From the NCBI GenBank assembly GCA_951406725.2, contig OX597818.1:54312001-54376000 (forward strand): a stretch of 64,000 bases of DNA. The letters run 5' to 3'. Source of the DNA: Octopus vulgaris. Lineage: Eukaryota. The notes under the pieces are model-generated. The model did no database searches. It worked only from the letters and a program-made list of their open reading frames with translations, and was not told where the DNA came from. The position numbers and the translations under genes are program-made. Below, piece after piece: positions 28,340-41,898 of the stretch. Positions within the stretch are counted from its first letter, which is position 1. Every line of letters begins with the position of its first letter.

Positions 28340-28575
28340 TGACATATACTTAAATGATAAACTTCTGGAAAGTTTTACAGATTGTTACAGTTTTAGTGAT
28401 GGTTTGGATCAACAATCTTTGAATCAGCTTTCTCCTTTCTGGTTTTGAAAAGACTAATTTCTCGAGATTGATATTTAGGCGGTGTGTTACATATACAAGT
28501 GCCCCAGTAATTACATCTACAAACCTGAACTTGTAATCGGTATAGAGTAACAGCAGATTTCTCAAAATGTTCAGC
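28340..28575 (-). mobile_element. R4/Dong-like restriction-endonuclease LINE C-terminal fragment
   Basis: LRNLLLLYTDYKFRFVDVITGALVYV...TVTICKTFQKF; homologous to 33065-33300. Confidence 0.55.
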
Positions 28576-28597
28576 GTCAGTATTCTCATTTCCTATG

Positions 28598-29198
28598 TGG
28601 TGTTGGCAGTCGGTGTTATGGGACGTGATGAGCTTGTGATGCTGGTGGAGAGGATGACAGATGAGGTGGGCGGAAGTAGGGCTTGCAGGGGCCGGCGGAA
28701 GACTGCAGGGTGCATGTGCGGCAGGAAGCGGAAGCGGTCAAGCGGGACGCTTTATGTTAACATCCGCTGGACAACTGATTTCCACAACTGTACACAGTTT
28801 CTCTTCGCTATCCCAAATCATTTTATCAGGTCCATTGTGTTTACATTTTATTGAAGTTTTCTCTGGGTCATTCCAACTGTACCTCTCTTTATTATGTGTA
28901 GTGTGATGGATGAAGGAGAAGAAACGGGAGAAAGAAATACAAAAAGGCCTTACCTCGGCGAAGATCAGAGGTTTCTTACGAATTCGACACGTCCTGTCGC
29001 TTCCTCGTCTATGCTCGAACTACCCGCTTCGTCGATGACCACACGTGCGTCCCACTTGACCGCTTCCGCTTCCTGCCGCACATGGACCTTGCAGTCTTCC
29101 GCCGGTCCCTGCAAGCCCTACTTCCGCCCACCTCATCTGTCATCCTCTCCACCAGCATCACAAGCTCATCACGTCCCATAACACCGACTGCCAACACC
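28598..29198. repeat. GC-rich ~150-bp inverted repeats flanking a ~300-bp core
   Basis: 28598-28750 is the near-perfect reverse complement of 29047-29198. Confidence 0.85.
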
Positions 29199-29708
29199 AT
29201 ATTATGTGTAGCTATGGCTTTTGCATGTATATATACATATATCGTCAGAGTATCCTATATTCAAAATAGAAGCACACGCTAAAGCATAGAACATTAATGT
29301 ATTTACATGCAGTTAAATATATGTCCGGTCGTAGAGTGACCTATGGTTTCGCATCTTTAAAACGCTTAGCTCTATATTCGACACGTCAGACAAGAATAAC
29401 GTTACGTTTAGTTAATTTGCAAACAAAATAATATACACATTTTGAGTTTTAAACAGGACGAGTTATTTCCCTTAGGCAGGTCCGGTTGGCAAATCTTATG
29501 GACCTAAATGGCGAACAGGGAAACTCTGACCTTTGGTTGTTTCCGTTCCGTTTTAGCTGTCCCCATTCTAATTGACGAACGGGGATTCCCATGTTAGCAG
29601 CACTTGAAATGGGGGCAAGGTCTATAGATTTCATGTCTTATATCTATATCTATATATCTATATATCTATATATCTATATCTATATCTATATATCTATATC
29701 TATATCTA

Positions 29709-29803
<95 letters not shown>

Positions 29804-30644
29804 ATATATATATATGTATATGTAAAAAAATACAAACTGGGACAAGAACGCAAAACATTTAGAAGACGATACAAAAAACACGGATGGGACATTCGAAGCC
29901 TTCAATCTTCAGTCAAGAACGGGATCATCCTCGCAATTTCGGCTGATTAATCTTGAGATTGCTCCGATCTGGCCAGCCCCAAAGGAAAATCTAAGCCAAG
30001 CGTATTAGATTCCTTGGAAGAAAGCCTCGAATGTATACAAAACAAGGACGGAAAAACGGACGATGTTACACGAATAAGAATACAAAAATACGTAAAAGCA
30101 ATAATGATAATAATAACAAAAACAGGACGTCACAGACAGGCGTCTTTTCGACAGGACGAGTAAAGTTTGAGCTGGCGTGTTAAATGCCTTAGGGCAAGAG
30201 AGAGAAAAAAATGTGTCTTGCCGCGACGACTGCTGACCACGAAAGGCCAGCAATCGGTCGGTTAGTCACGTGTGAGGAGAAGAGAGAGGAAAAGAGGGAC
30301 AGATGAAGAGAGAAAAAAGGGGAACAAGGAACAAAGGAGAAGAGAGAGAGAGAGAGAGAGAAAAAAAGAGAAAGATTAAAGTAGAGTGCAAAGTGTGAAA
30401 GGCAGAGAAATGTAGGAGAAGGGGGAAAGAGACAGTGTTATAGAGTCGTACCAAGTTTAAAGAAATATGTACTTACATATAAGACCAAAAAGGGTACGGG
30501 CGTCGCTATATGTATATGTATATGTAAAAAAATACAAACTGGGACAAGAACGCAAAACATTTAGAAGACGATACAAAAATCACGGAGGGGACATTCGAAG
30601 CCTTTAATATATATCAGAAGGTTTGGAGATGATGTACCTGTATT

Positions 30645-31422
30645 ATATATTAGAAGAAATAAGGTACTCAGAAATCGGGATGGTTTTATATTTACAGATT
30701 TTTATTAATACGTGACATGTTTTTATAAATCATATATTAGCACTTGCATCCACTCTAGTGGATTCTTCAGATTGAATTCAATCTGCAGAATCCACTAGAG
30801 TGGATGTAAGCGCTAATATATCTATATATATAAAACTGTAGTTGTGTGAGTGTCTGTCTCCTACGATTTAGATTCCTAACTCCTCCCACATTTTGCAGTG
30901 CAGTTTAACCAAATTCGGGTATCTTATAGTCGTAATTAATATCGAGCCCGTCTGGCTATTAGCACACGTCTACGATGAGTCTACGATTTTAAAACTAATT
31001 TAACATCATTTTTTATTCCATTTTAATGCATAATATTTCGTGTGTCGATGGCGGCAGAGTTGGCGTCCATGGTCACACCTGCACCTGTGTTTGCTTCTCC
31101 CCCTTCTTCCTTCCCTCGTGAAGCTGTGGGAAAGGGAGTGTAAGGAAATCAACGTCGTAATGCGTTGTCAAGGAGACCAGCGTTCTTTTAGAACAACGAC
31201 TTCATGGCTTGAAGACACCAAAACAGAAATGGCTAAGAAAGCCCGAATTGGCATCTATAAGGGAAGTAACTCTCTAAAATTGCTTATATAGTTATTTCCC
31301 TTACAAACCCGAGCAACGCCGGGCGATACTGCTAGTGATTTATAAAAACATGTGACATAATAATAAAAATCTGTAAATATAAAACCATCCCGATTTCTGA
31401 GTACCTTATTTCTTCTAATATA
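30645..31422. repeat. Palindrome centred at 30776/30777, right arm interrupted by a Helitron
   Basis: ~130-bp arms are reverse complements; each carries a degenerate hammerhead motif next to the centre. Confidence 0.85.
30821..31335 (+). mobile_element. Non-autonomous Helitron
   Basis: TC...CTAG inserted at gctaatata|tgat with no TSD. The intact left arm of the palindrome shows the empty site. Confidence 0.92.
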
Positions 31423-31553
31423 TATTTATATATATGAAATAAATCTCCGAGCGAGGTATAAACAGTAGCTGTACGACATCGTTAACACTTTTCCGAGATC
31501 AGTGACTTTTAGTCACCGGAAAAAGGATGTACATTTGCATTGGGAGCCACTTC

Positions 31554-31735
31554 CGTGTGTATCGTGTCAGGTTCGAGATGGGAAGGATGGCTTCCCTTTG
31601 TAAATACTGATAGGGCACAAATAGTATGTCAATAGCCAGCTGGAGGAGATGTCCTCCTGGGGCTACAAGCTACAGTAGCATCCACCCTTAAGGGTTAGCC
31701 ACATTTAAGTGGCAAATATACGCAAATATACTTCA

Positions 31736-31740
<5 letters not shown>
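31554..31740 (+). mobile_element. Fragment of the ~355-bp hammerhead element family
   Basis: Homologous to 46145-46320 (ctcctggggcta..gctacagta..ggttagcca); ends at (TA)n. Confidence 0.7.
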
Positions 31741-31801
<61 letters not shown>

Positions 31802-32432
31802 GTGTGTGTGTATATATATATTTATATATTTAACAATTAAGGATAACTACTTAATAAGGAATCTTAACAAGAAATTATCAGATAGTTAGCGTGAAAAACC
31901 TCATAAGAGAAAAATTCGAAAATAATTTATGATTTATAAATATCTCCATGTGTTTCGACGGAGAGAGCAGTTGCTTGTTCGACTTCGCCAGGTAGTGTTG
32001 GTCGTTTATTGATGATGTGTTCAGAATCAGTTCTACCGATGAGCATAGGACGCATTTTATGCGGTAAGTGCGAAATCACAGGTGATATAGGACTAAATTC
32101 ATTTTTTAAATGTCTTGCTTTGAAAAACTGCATTGGGTATGATTAGTGAAATTTTGGTAGTAATGACTTATGCCCCTCTTAGTGTGAGGCATTTATGTGT
32201 AATAATGCCCTCTATATAATATATATTTATATATATATGTATATATATTTATATATATATGTATATATATATGTATATATATATATTTGCATACCTCGAA
32301 CCCACAAGTGTAAACAAGACTGACAGAGAAAGGCAGAAACAAGGAAAATGCCACTTATATTTGAACACTATACAAATATTCCTTTAAAAAAACTTTTCTT
32401 TTAATTTTCTAAATTTAATTATTTAATTGTTA

Positions 32433-32470
32433 CAGTTGAAAAGGTCTCAAAATGACTGAAACCGGTACTG
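32433..32470 (+). ncRNA. Minimal hammerhead motif with U3-A8 core
   Basis: cag-TTGAAAA-ggtc-tcaaaat-gact-GAAA-ccgg-TA-ctg, about 50 bp before a long (TA)n tract. Confidence 0.6.
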
Positions 32471-32518
32471 AAGTGTTCTTTATAAAACTATTTTAGCATT
32501 TTCTATCTTGACTTGTTT

Positions 32519-32780
<262 letters not shown>

Positions 32781-32874
32781 TAAAGGGAAAGTTTACGAAA
32801 ATAAACAAAAGACGAAGGCAGGTGGAGTACAAACAAACAAATGTATTAGTATAGCGCTCAGGAATAGAAAAAAG

Positions 32875-32912
32875 TCTTTTACGTTTCGAGCCTACTGTCT
32901 TCGACAGAAAGA
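32875..32912 (-). ncRNA. Minimal hammerhead-like motif with CUGUCGA core
   Basis: tcttt-CTGTCGA-agacagtaggctc-GAAA-cg-TA-aaaga. Degenerate relatives at 26899-26936 and 13866-13903. Confidence 0.5.
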
Positions 32913-33049
32913 TACACAGAAAAACAAGGAGAGAAACAAGGAGAGAAAAAAATGCGTGTAGTAGCTAACGATCTATCATGGCGGCTTGATATATATATAT
33001 TCTATAATTATAAACATAATTATAATCAGGGGTCAGCTAATTGCTTCAC

Positions 33050-33483
33050 GACGCATCGAATTTAGAGAACACCTACGCTAAACTATTGAGAAATCTGCAG
33101 TTACTCTATCCAGATTGCAAGTTCACATTTATACCTGTAATTATTGAAGTCATGGGATATGTAACACATAGCCTAAATACTAATTTTGTGAAATTTGGTT
33201 TCCCAAAACCATAAAGGAGAAAGGTAATTAGAAGACTGCAGATCCAATCCATCATTGGAACTGTAAAATCTGTAAAACTTTCCAGAAGTTTATCATTTCA
33301 GTATATATGAGTATGTCTAGATATGCAACTATGTGCATTGGAATACATACATAAAACATACAAATCTGCACATACACTATACATACATACATACATACAT
33401 ACATACATACATACATACATACATACATACATACATACATACATACATACATACATACATACATACATACATACATACATGCA

Positions 33484-33515
<32 letters not shown>

Positions 33516-33625
33516 CATACATACATACATGCACACATACATACATACATACATGCATACATACATACATACATACATACATACATACATACATACATAC
33601 ATACATACATACATACATACATACA

Positions 33626-33657
<32 letters not shown>

Positions 33658-33659
33658 CA

Positions 33660-33691
<32 letters not shown>

Positions 33692-33741
33692 CATACATAC
33701 ATACATACATACATACATACATACATGCATACATACATACA

Positions 33742-33773
<32 letters not shown>

Positions 33774-34102
33774 CATACATACATACATACATACATACAT
33801 ACATACATACATACATACATACACACACACATACATACATGCATACATACATACATACATACATACGTACATACGTACATACATACATAGATACATACAT
33901 GCATACGTACGTACGTAGATAGATAGATAGATAGATACATACATACATACATACATACATACATACATACATACATACATACATACATACATACAAACAA
34001 AAATACCTTGATGCTGAAATTCCAATGAAGGTGCCTTGGATGTAGGTTGGAAACGTATTCTTTCTCTATTGGCAAGAAATCTTGAAATAAACTGAATAAT
34101 GA
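33050..34102 (+). mobile_element. R4/Dong-like LINE 3' end associated with (TACA)n
   Basis: ENTYAKLLRNLQLLYPDCKFTFIPVIIEVMGYV. The tail segment 33995-34102 is repeated at 34738-34850, and both are followed by (TACA)n. Confidence 0.55.
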
Positions 34103-34111
34103 CATACATAC

Positions 34112-34150
<39 letters not shown>

Positions 34151-34299
34151 CATACATACATACATACATACATACATACATACATACATACATACATACA
34201 TACATACATGCATACATACATACATACATACATGCATACATGCATACATACATGCATGCATACATGCATACATACATGCATGCATACATGCATACATGC

Positions 34300-34681
34300 A
34301 TCGTGGTACTCCGTCGGTTACGACGACGAGGGTTCCAGTTGATCCGATCAACGGAATTGCCTTCTCATGAAATTAACGTGAAGGTGACTGAGCACTCCAT
34401 AGACACGTATACCCTTAACGTAGTTCTCGGAGAGACTCAGCGTGACACAGAGTGTGACAAGGGCTGGCCCTTTGAAATACATGTACAACGGAAACAGGAA
34501 GAAAGAGTGAGAGAAAGTTGTGGTGAAAGAGTACAACAGGGTTCACCACCATCTCCTGCCGGAGCCTTGTGGAGCTTTAGGTGTTTTCGCTCAATAAACA
34601 CTGACAACGCCCGGTTTGGGTATCGAAACCGCGATCGTACGACCGTGAGTCCGCTGCCCTAACCACTGAGCCATTGCACCC
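34300..34681 (-). mobile_element. tRNA-derived SINE (same family as 49571-49953)
   Basis: Reverse complement of the 49571 element, inserted in (TACA)n. Confidence 0.85.
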
Positions 34682-34902
34682 CCACACATACATACATACA
34701 TACATACATACATACATACATACATACATACATACATAAAAACAAAAATACCTTCTTGATGTTGAAATTCCAATGAAGGAACCTTGGATCTAGGTTAGAA
34801 ACCGGATCTTTCTCTATTGGCAAGAAATCATGAAATAAACTGAATAATGACATACATACATACATACATACATACATACATACATACATACATACATACA
34901 TG

Positions 34903-35350
34903 ATGGCTGCCCCCTCGTTATCGAGTATGGCTATTGCACGAAGCTTAACTGTTACTGGTGCTGTGATCGAATGTGACTTTTTAGCCCAGCTAAAGATCTA
35001 CAATGTCTTGTACAGAATTGGCAACAAATACCTTTACCGGTAATAGCCGGCTGTAGTTGTAACTGGGCTTCATGTACCTTTGCATGTCGTTTAAGTCCTC
35101 CTGCCGAATTACACTCTCTTCCAAATGCCCGACAGATATGATTAGTATGGTGTGTTACACCACCACCAGTTGCACAATCTCGAGTTGCACATGAGAAAGT
35201 AAGGAGGGATGTCAGGAAGGGCATCGCTGTTACACTTCCAGATGGTAAGGGTCTTCCTATGATGCTGACATGCAGTGTCTGTGCAAGACCCTGCCAAAGC
35301 AAAGTTGAACTCAAGAGTCATCTTCGTAGTCATAAAGCGAGACAGATGAG
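34903..35350. mobile_element. RTE-type LINE 3' end with C2H2 fingers on both strands (inverted 5' segment)
   Basis: Minus strand: CQFCTRHCRSLAGLKSHIRSQH plus a 3' tail. Plus strand: CSVCARPCQSKVELKSHLRSH. Confidence 0.6.
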
Positions 35351-35796
35351 TGACATACATACATACATACATACATACATACATACATACATGCATACAT
35401 ACGTACGTACGTACATACATACATACATACATACATACATACATACGTACGTACGTACGTACGTACGTACATACATACATACATACATACATACATACAT
35501 ACATACATACATACATACAATACATACATACTTAAATACATGCAAAATATTTGATGGCATAAATGTTACAGGATGTTTTTTTTTTTTCAAAGACTTCCAA
35601 AAATGACCCCGGCGCAAATTTATGTGAAACTGGGTTTACATTACCTGCATTGATGCACTGAACCCTTTTCTCCTGAATATTCGCGCTCTAGATAGTTATA
35701 GCCCTAGAGATAACTTTCATTGGGACATCGTGTAGCAGTTGCTGACCTTTTTGTCAATACGTCTGGAGTATTGCTCTTCATTCAGATAAGCCTCAC

Positions 35797-36214
35797 GGAT
35801 CTTTTCGGTTTGACCGGCAGTTTTTTAAAATAATTTCCACGCAACTAAACACTTTTAAACTTCGTATACTGGTAGAATGTGTTTATAAAACATCTTTTTC
35901 TCTTGGCTTTATTGAGAAAATTCTATAGTTTCTAAGATATTTGTTGTTTTTTTTCAATTTCTGCAATTTCAACCAATCAATGACGTCTATTGAGGTGAAA
36001 ACATTCTGTGCCGTATGAATATGTCCCTCGTTTAAGAAACAGATTTGGTTTATTTACATTTGTGAAGAAAAAAAGATACCCTTCCCCACCCCTAACCCTA
36101 ATCCTAACCCTAAAACAGATTGAAATGCAATAGATCGATACTAGGGTCATAATTATGGGTGACAATTTCATATGACACCGCTAGAAAAAACTGCCGTTCA
36201 AACCGAAAAGATCC
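35797..36214. mobile_element. MITE with ~29-bp TIRs and 8-bp TSD (Merlin-like termini)
   Basis: TIRs ggatcttttcggtttgaccggcagttttt / aaaaactgccgttcaaaccgaaaagatcc; TSD agcctcac / agccttac. Confidence 0.85.
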
Positions 36215-36236
36215 AGCCTTACTATTTTATCAATGA

Positions 36237-37024
36237 CTAGCAGTATAGCCCGGCTTTGACTCGGGTTTGATTTTTAGTTGCGCTTAAAACGGCAGACTTT
36301 GATGTCGCGTTAACAAAGTTTTGACATAGTTTCAATCTATGAATAAAAGTATAGTGTGGCGACGCTCGAGTTTGCTCTGAATGTGCTGCAAATGTGTAAT
36401 GCCGACTTCAATTGTTGGTATTATTGGTTATTATTCCTTCTATTAACATTATGGAGAAAAAAAATTACTCGTAGATTTAAAGCAAAATGAAGCTCAAGTT
36501 TCGAACTGCACTGAAAATCTATTAAGAAGTTAACACTGCAACAGAATTCATTAAGAAAAAGTACAGGAAAATCCAAACGTTAGTTAGAACAGTTTGTGGT
36601 TACAAAAAGCTGTCATTTTGAAGCCAAACGGGTGGGCAAGATGAATCGTGGTTGTAACTGTAAAATGAATAAAATCGACTATTTTACATCACGTATAACT
36701 AAAAAATCTGCAAAATCAAAACATACTCATTGAAGATTTGACTTGAACATCGTAGGTAGTAACAGCATGCAAATCGCATTTTTTCTGGTTGAAATGCACC
36801 GAAGAATGGCGACACAGCAGTCAAAAAATCGTAAAAAATAGGGATTTTCATAGAAAAAACCACCTTTTTGATGTAAATAATTTTTGGTCTTAACATGGTC
36901 CGATTTGAATTTTTTCTTCTACGGAATGAAGAGCAAGCCTTCTTCTACCATACTCTCAATTTTGGTGAACTTGCGCTGCAGGGTCTCGGAGGAGATAGTG
37001 TTAGTTGAAGGCTACTAAACCTGC

Positions 37025-37056
<32 letters not shown>

Positions 37057-37078
37057 ATTTCAGCTTTATATATATAGA
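36237..37078 (-). mobile_element. Non-autonomous Helitron (second subfamily)
   Basis: 3' CTAG with cccgag...ccggg hairpin and 5' TCTATATATATAAA. Confidence 0.75.
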
Positions 37079-37573
37079 TTCTGCATGGTTGATACATAAC
37101 GAGGTCTCGGTCATCGTACCGCTTGTTACTTTTGATTACCAGTACTGATATAACAATCAAACAACTCTGAAATAACAGCCAGTCGTGTAGAGAGATGATA
37201 GACTAGATAAAGCAACGCAGTTCTAATACAAATAAGGAGACAGGATGTTCATGGTTAAAAGGTATTTTATTATAAGTACACTACATAACAAGAAAATAAA
37301 TGTTTATACTGTGTTACTGTGTAGGTTTCTGATCCGTTATGTGATCTGCAGCGTTACTTTCTCCTGTGGTACTCGAACTTTGCGAAATCGTGCTTAGAAC
37401 TAGACTTCGGCGCTCAACAGGAGAATGGTAGAAGGTTTACAAACGACAGGCTGCATGACTCACAGCCACATAATTCTGAATGAATTTTAAAGTATATATA
37501 AAAGCATTATAATGAAACGAAATAACAAGTTCTCGTAACAAAACCCCAAACTGGAAAGTAGGAATTTCAAGGT

Positions 37574-37643
<70 letters not shown>

Positions 37644-37658
37644 ATGTACATATATATG

Positions 37659-37734
<76 letters not shown>

Positions 37735-38219
37735 GGTGTGTGTGTGTATAATAATAATATTAGGGAGTATTACTCCAAACTTACAGGTGAAACTTCAATT
37801 TAGTACTAAATCAAATTTCACAATATAAATATATAATATATATAAATTAGAGAAAAACCACTGTTATGTAATTCAAACAATGATAGACATAAACCATATC
37901 ATATAGAAAAAATAAAATATATTATAAAACATATAACTAGATCACAAAAGTACAAAAAAGGAATAAACAATATATAATAAGTAAAAAGACTACGTACATT
38001 TCGTGGCTATAACTTTAATTCGACTTACAATCAAAATTAAATTTAATCGAAAAACAATTCAATTTAAAAGTATAGTCACTCCTTAGGGCATCAATAATAA
38101 AAATAATGGTTAAATAAATAATAAAATAGAATTAAACAATATTTCTGAAATATAATAATATTTAAAAAAAAAATATTGTTGTATTGTATACGTGTATATT
38201 TATATATATATATCTTCAT

Positions 38220-38316
<97 letters not shown>

Positions 38317-38458
38317 CATATATATATATATATATACATATATACACACACAAATATAGGTATATATATTCATATGAATATATATATATATATATACACA
38401 TATATACAGATATATATATATGTATATACATATATATGTGTGTGTGCATAAAGACGTG

Positions 38459-38515
<57 letters not shown>

Positions 38516-38523
38516 GTGTGAAT

Positions 38524-38568
<45 letters not shown>

Positions 38569-38686
38569 ATATATATATATATATATACATGCATACATAC
38601 ACATATATTCATGTACACATAGTCACTCAAATACATATACATGAATAAGTTGAGAGATTGAAGTTAACGTATGAAAAAGGAAGGTT

Positions 38687-39553
38687 TTACTTGTAAAAGT
38701 GTAGTTCTTTTGTTAACATGCTTACTATGCAAGGAACTTGTTTCATTTCATTAATCTCTGAATGTCTAGTCTTAGACTCATATTCATAGGCAACCATGCG
38801 ATTTACCGAAAGCATTAATTGTTGCAGTTCAAGTCGGTCTCCGTCTTTTTCCAAAATGTGAGCCAACGACTGAATAAACCACGTTCCGTTAGTAGAATTT
38901 TCATAGGAGTAAAATCCAGGGACAGTGGAATAAGCCAGAAGAACGTCTGCCCAAAGTGGTATTTTCTGAGATGTAATATTATGATATTTGACTCTAACAT
39001 CACCAGCATCGTGCATAACTGCACCACTGTCCAGTTTTGTTCCCCGACAGGCTTGTATGAAGAATAGTTTTGGCTTACCTATTAAACCTGGGCATGAATC
39101 AGGAAGCAACATCTCCACTAAATCGTCAAGATTTATTAAGTCATCAGTGCCATATATCTGGTTATCGTCTTCACCGTGAGACAATATAACACAAACGAAG
39201 CAATTATGGTTTCCATGGTCCAATGCGGATATATCATAAAAGATTTGCTTCATGCTTTTCACTGATAAATTCTTGCGTTCAATCACCTTAAAATGCAATG
39301 ACTCCAATGTGTGTTTAATTGCTGATGCATCTCTCTCTGATCCTTGTCGTTTAGACATTTTAGTCGATTCCTCAAACTCTACGTTATTTATTATTAAAGC
39401 CAGATTGACTCTATTACGATCCATGTTATATCTGGTATTTACAAATTCGCTACATGCACCAGCAAACTCCATTTCCTCGTCCTGAAACGGGAAATCGGGA
39501 TCTTTCTCCTTAAAAAATACACCTTCTAGAGTTTTTGTATATGTGTAGTCCAT
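38687..39553 (-). CDS. Caspase-3/7-like, copy 2 (288 aa), atypical substrate pocket
   Basis: SHG and QACRG are intact, but SWR is replaced by SYE and the N-terminal DxxD|A site is lost. Confidence 0.93.
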   Translation of the reverse strand: MDYTYTKTLEGVFFKEKDPDFPFQDEEMEFAGACSEFVNTRYNMDRNRVNLALIINNVEFEESTKMSKRQGSERDASAIKHTLESLHFKVIERKNLSVKSMKQIFYDISALDHGNHNCFVCVILSHGEDDNQIYGTDDLINLDDLVEMLLPDSCPGLIGKPKLFFIQACRGTKLDSGAVMHDAGDVRVKYHNITSQKIPLWADVLLAYSTVPGFYSYENSTNGTWFIQSLAHILEKDGDRLELQQLMLSVNRMVAYEYESKTRHSEINEMKQVPCIVSMLTKELHFYK

Positions 39554-41602
39554 CGTTGATTGGAATATGTATGAATGTTCGAAAATGAATCAGAGAAACA
39601 ATAAAGCGTGGATTGTTATGAAAACTGACGTAAAAATTTCACAGCAGTTAAGGAACAGAAGAAGACGATAATTTAGCGCCGTTTTCGTCGTTGTTCAGCA
39701 CTTAAATTGAATTCTTAATAAATTTCCAAATGGTGTGAATAACGGAAGCGATTATTCAATAGATATTAATAAATGTAGGTTAATAATCAATAAAGTAAAG
39801 TATCCATTTTTGTTAAACGTACTCCTGGGTTTAATCAATATATAACTGCTAATATACCTTAATAAAAAGTCCAGACATAGCTTGATTACAAAATAGATAC
39901 TCCACTGAAAGACAATTTCCCCGAATATGTACGTGATGCTACAATGGTCAGTCAACACAAGACTGCTTCTGCGTCTAATCAATATGTAGAATATGCTATG
40001 TGTCTTTCGATAAATATATACATTTTTGTTGCGAGTAACACTGGCGTTTGAAACTGTTAAATTTCTCTCTGTTTACAAGACATATACTTGCTAAATCCTT
40101 CAATCCGAGCTGCAGTCGTTCTTTTAAATTTGTTTTTGTGTCCGTTAGTGTGAGATCGAGATTCCGTTTGCTTGTGGACTTTGTTTTGTGTGTCTGTGTT
40201 GGGTGTGAGTGTGTGTGTGTGTGTGTGTTTTATGCATATGTATGTGTATAATTTTACGTCTCTACTTTTGTTTGTTCAGTTTGTCTTTTGTAGTTGAAAG
40301 TTCAGTTCATTTTCTTATCTTATCTTTTACATGTTGTAAAATGCAAATGAACCAGTAAACTCTGGAGGAGGGGAAACTAGAACAACAAACATAGTAGGAG
40401 TGAGTTACGGTCAGAGGTGTTAGATGCGAGGAAACTAATGAAATGTTTCAATCTGAAGTCGTTGATATTTTAATCAAAATGAAACTAAATTTTATCGTTA
40501 ATTACATTTATCTTATCAGATTAACACACACATACATGCACATACATACATACATACATACATACATACATACACACATACATACATACATACATACATA
40601 CACACATACATACATACATACATACATACATACACACATACATACATACATACATACACACATACATACATACATACATACATACATACATACATACATA
40701 CATACATACATACACACATACATACAAACATACATACATACATACATACATTTACACACATACATACACACATACATACAGATACATACACACATACATA
40801 CATGCATACATACATACATACATACATACATACATACATACATACATACATACATACATACATACATACATACATACATACATACATACATACATAATAT
40901 ATATATATATATATATATATACATACATACACACACACGCACACAAATATATGCGCAGGAGTAGCTGTATGCCTTGCTTACCAACCACATGGTTCCGGGT
41001 TCAGTCCCAATGCGTGGCACCTTGGGCAAGTGTCTTCTACTATAGCCTCGGGCCGACCAAAGCCTTGTGAGTGGATTTGGTAGACGGAAACTGAAAGAAG
41101 CCCGTCGTATTTATGTATATATATACACTTGCCCAAGGTGCCACGCAGTGGGACTGAACCCGGAACCATGTGGTTGGTAAACAAGCTACTTACCACACAG
41201 CCACTCCTGCGCCGTGGAGGCACGTGGCTTAGTGGATAGGGTGTCAGCATCATGATCGTAAGATTGTGGTTTCGATTCCTGGACCGGGCGACGCGTTACT
41301 GGCAAAAATGAGTAACGCTGCAATGGACTGGCATCCCGTCCAGCTGGGGAACACATACGCCATTGAAACCGGGAAAACCGGGTTTATGAGCCTGGCTAGG
41401 CTTTAAAAGGGCTCATTTATTTTATTTCATATATATAGGAGTGGCTGTGTGGTAAGTAGCTTGCTAACCAACCACATGGTTCCGGGTTCAGTCCCACTGC
41501 GTGGCATCTTGGGCAAGTGTCTTCTGCTATAGCCCCGGGCCGACCAATGCCTTATGAGTGGATTTGGTAGACGGAAACTGAAAGAAGCCTGTCGTATATA
41601 TG

Positions 41603-41633
<31 letters not shown>

Positions 41634-41898
41634 TTGTGTGTCTGTGTTTGTCCCCTTAGCATTGCTTGACAACCGATGGTGGTGTGTTTACGTCCCCGTA
41701 ACTTAGCGGTTCGGCAAAAGAGACCGATAGAATAAGTACTGGGCTTACAAAGAATAAGTCCCGGGGTCGATTTGCTCGACTAAAGGCGGTGCTCCAGCAT
41801 GGCCGCAGTCAAATGACTGAAACAAGTAAAAGTAAAAGAGTATATGACAGTATTAACAAAATAGGAGATATAATGTGTAATAGACTTTATATGAGTAT

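Noticed and set aside
34765-34815. CCAATGA...GAAAccggaTC hammerhead-like motif in a LINE tail
   Set aside because: Two core mismatches and no convincing stem I.
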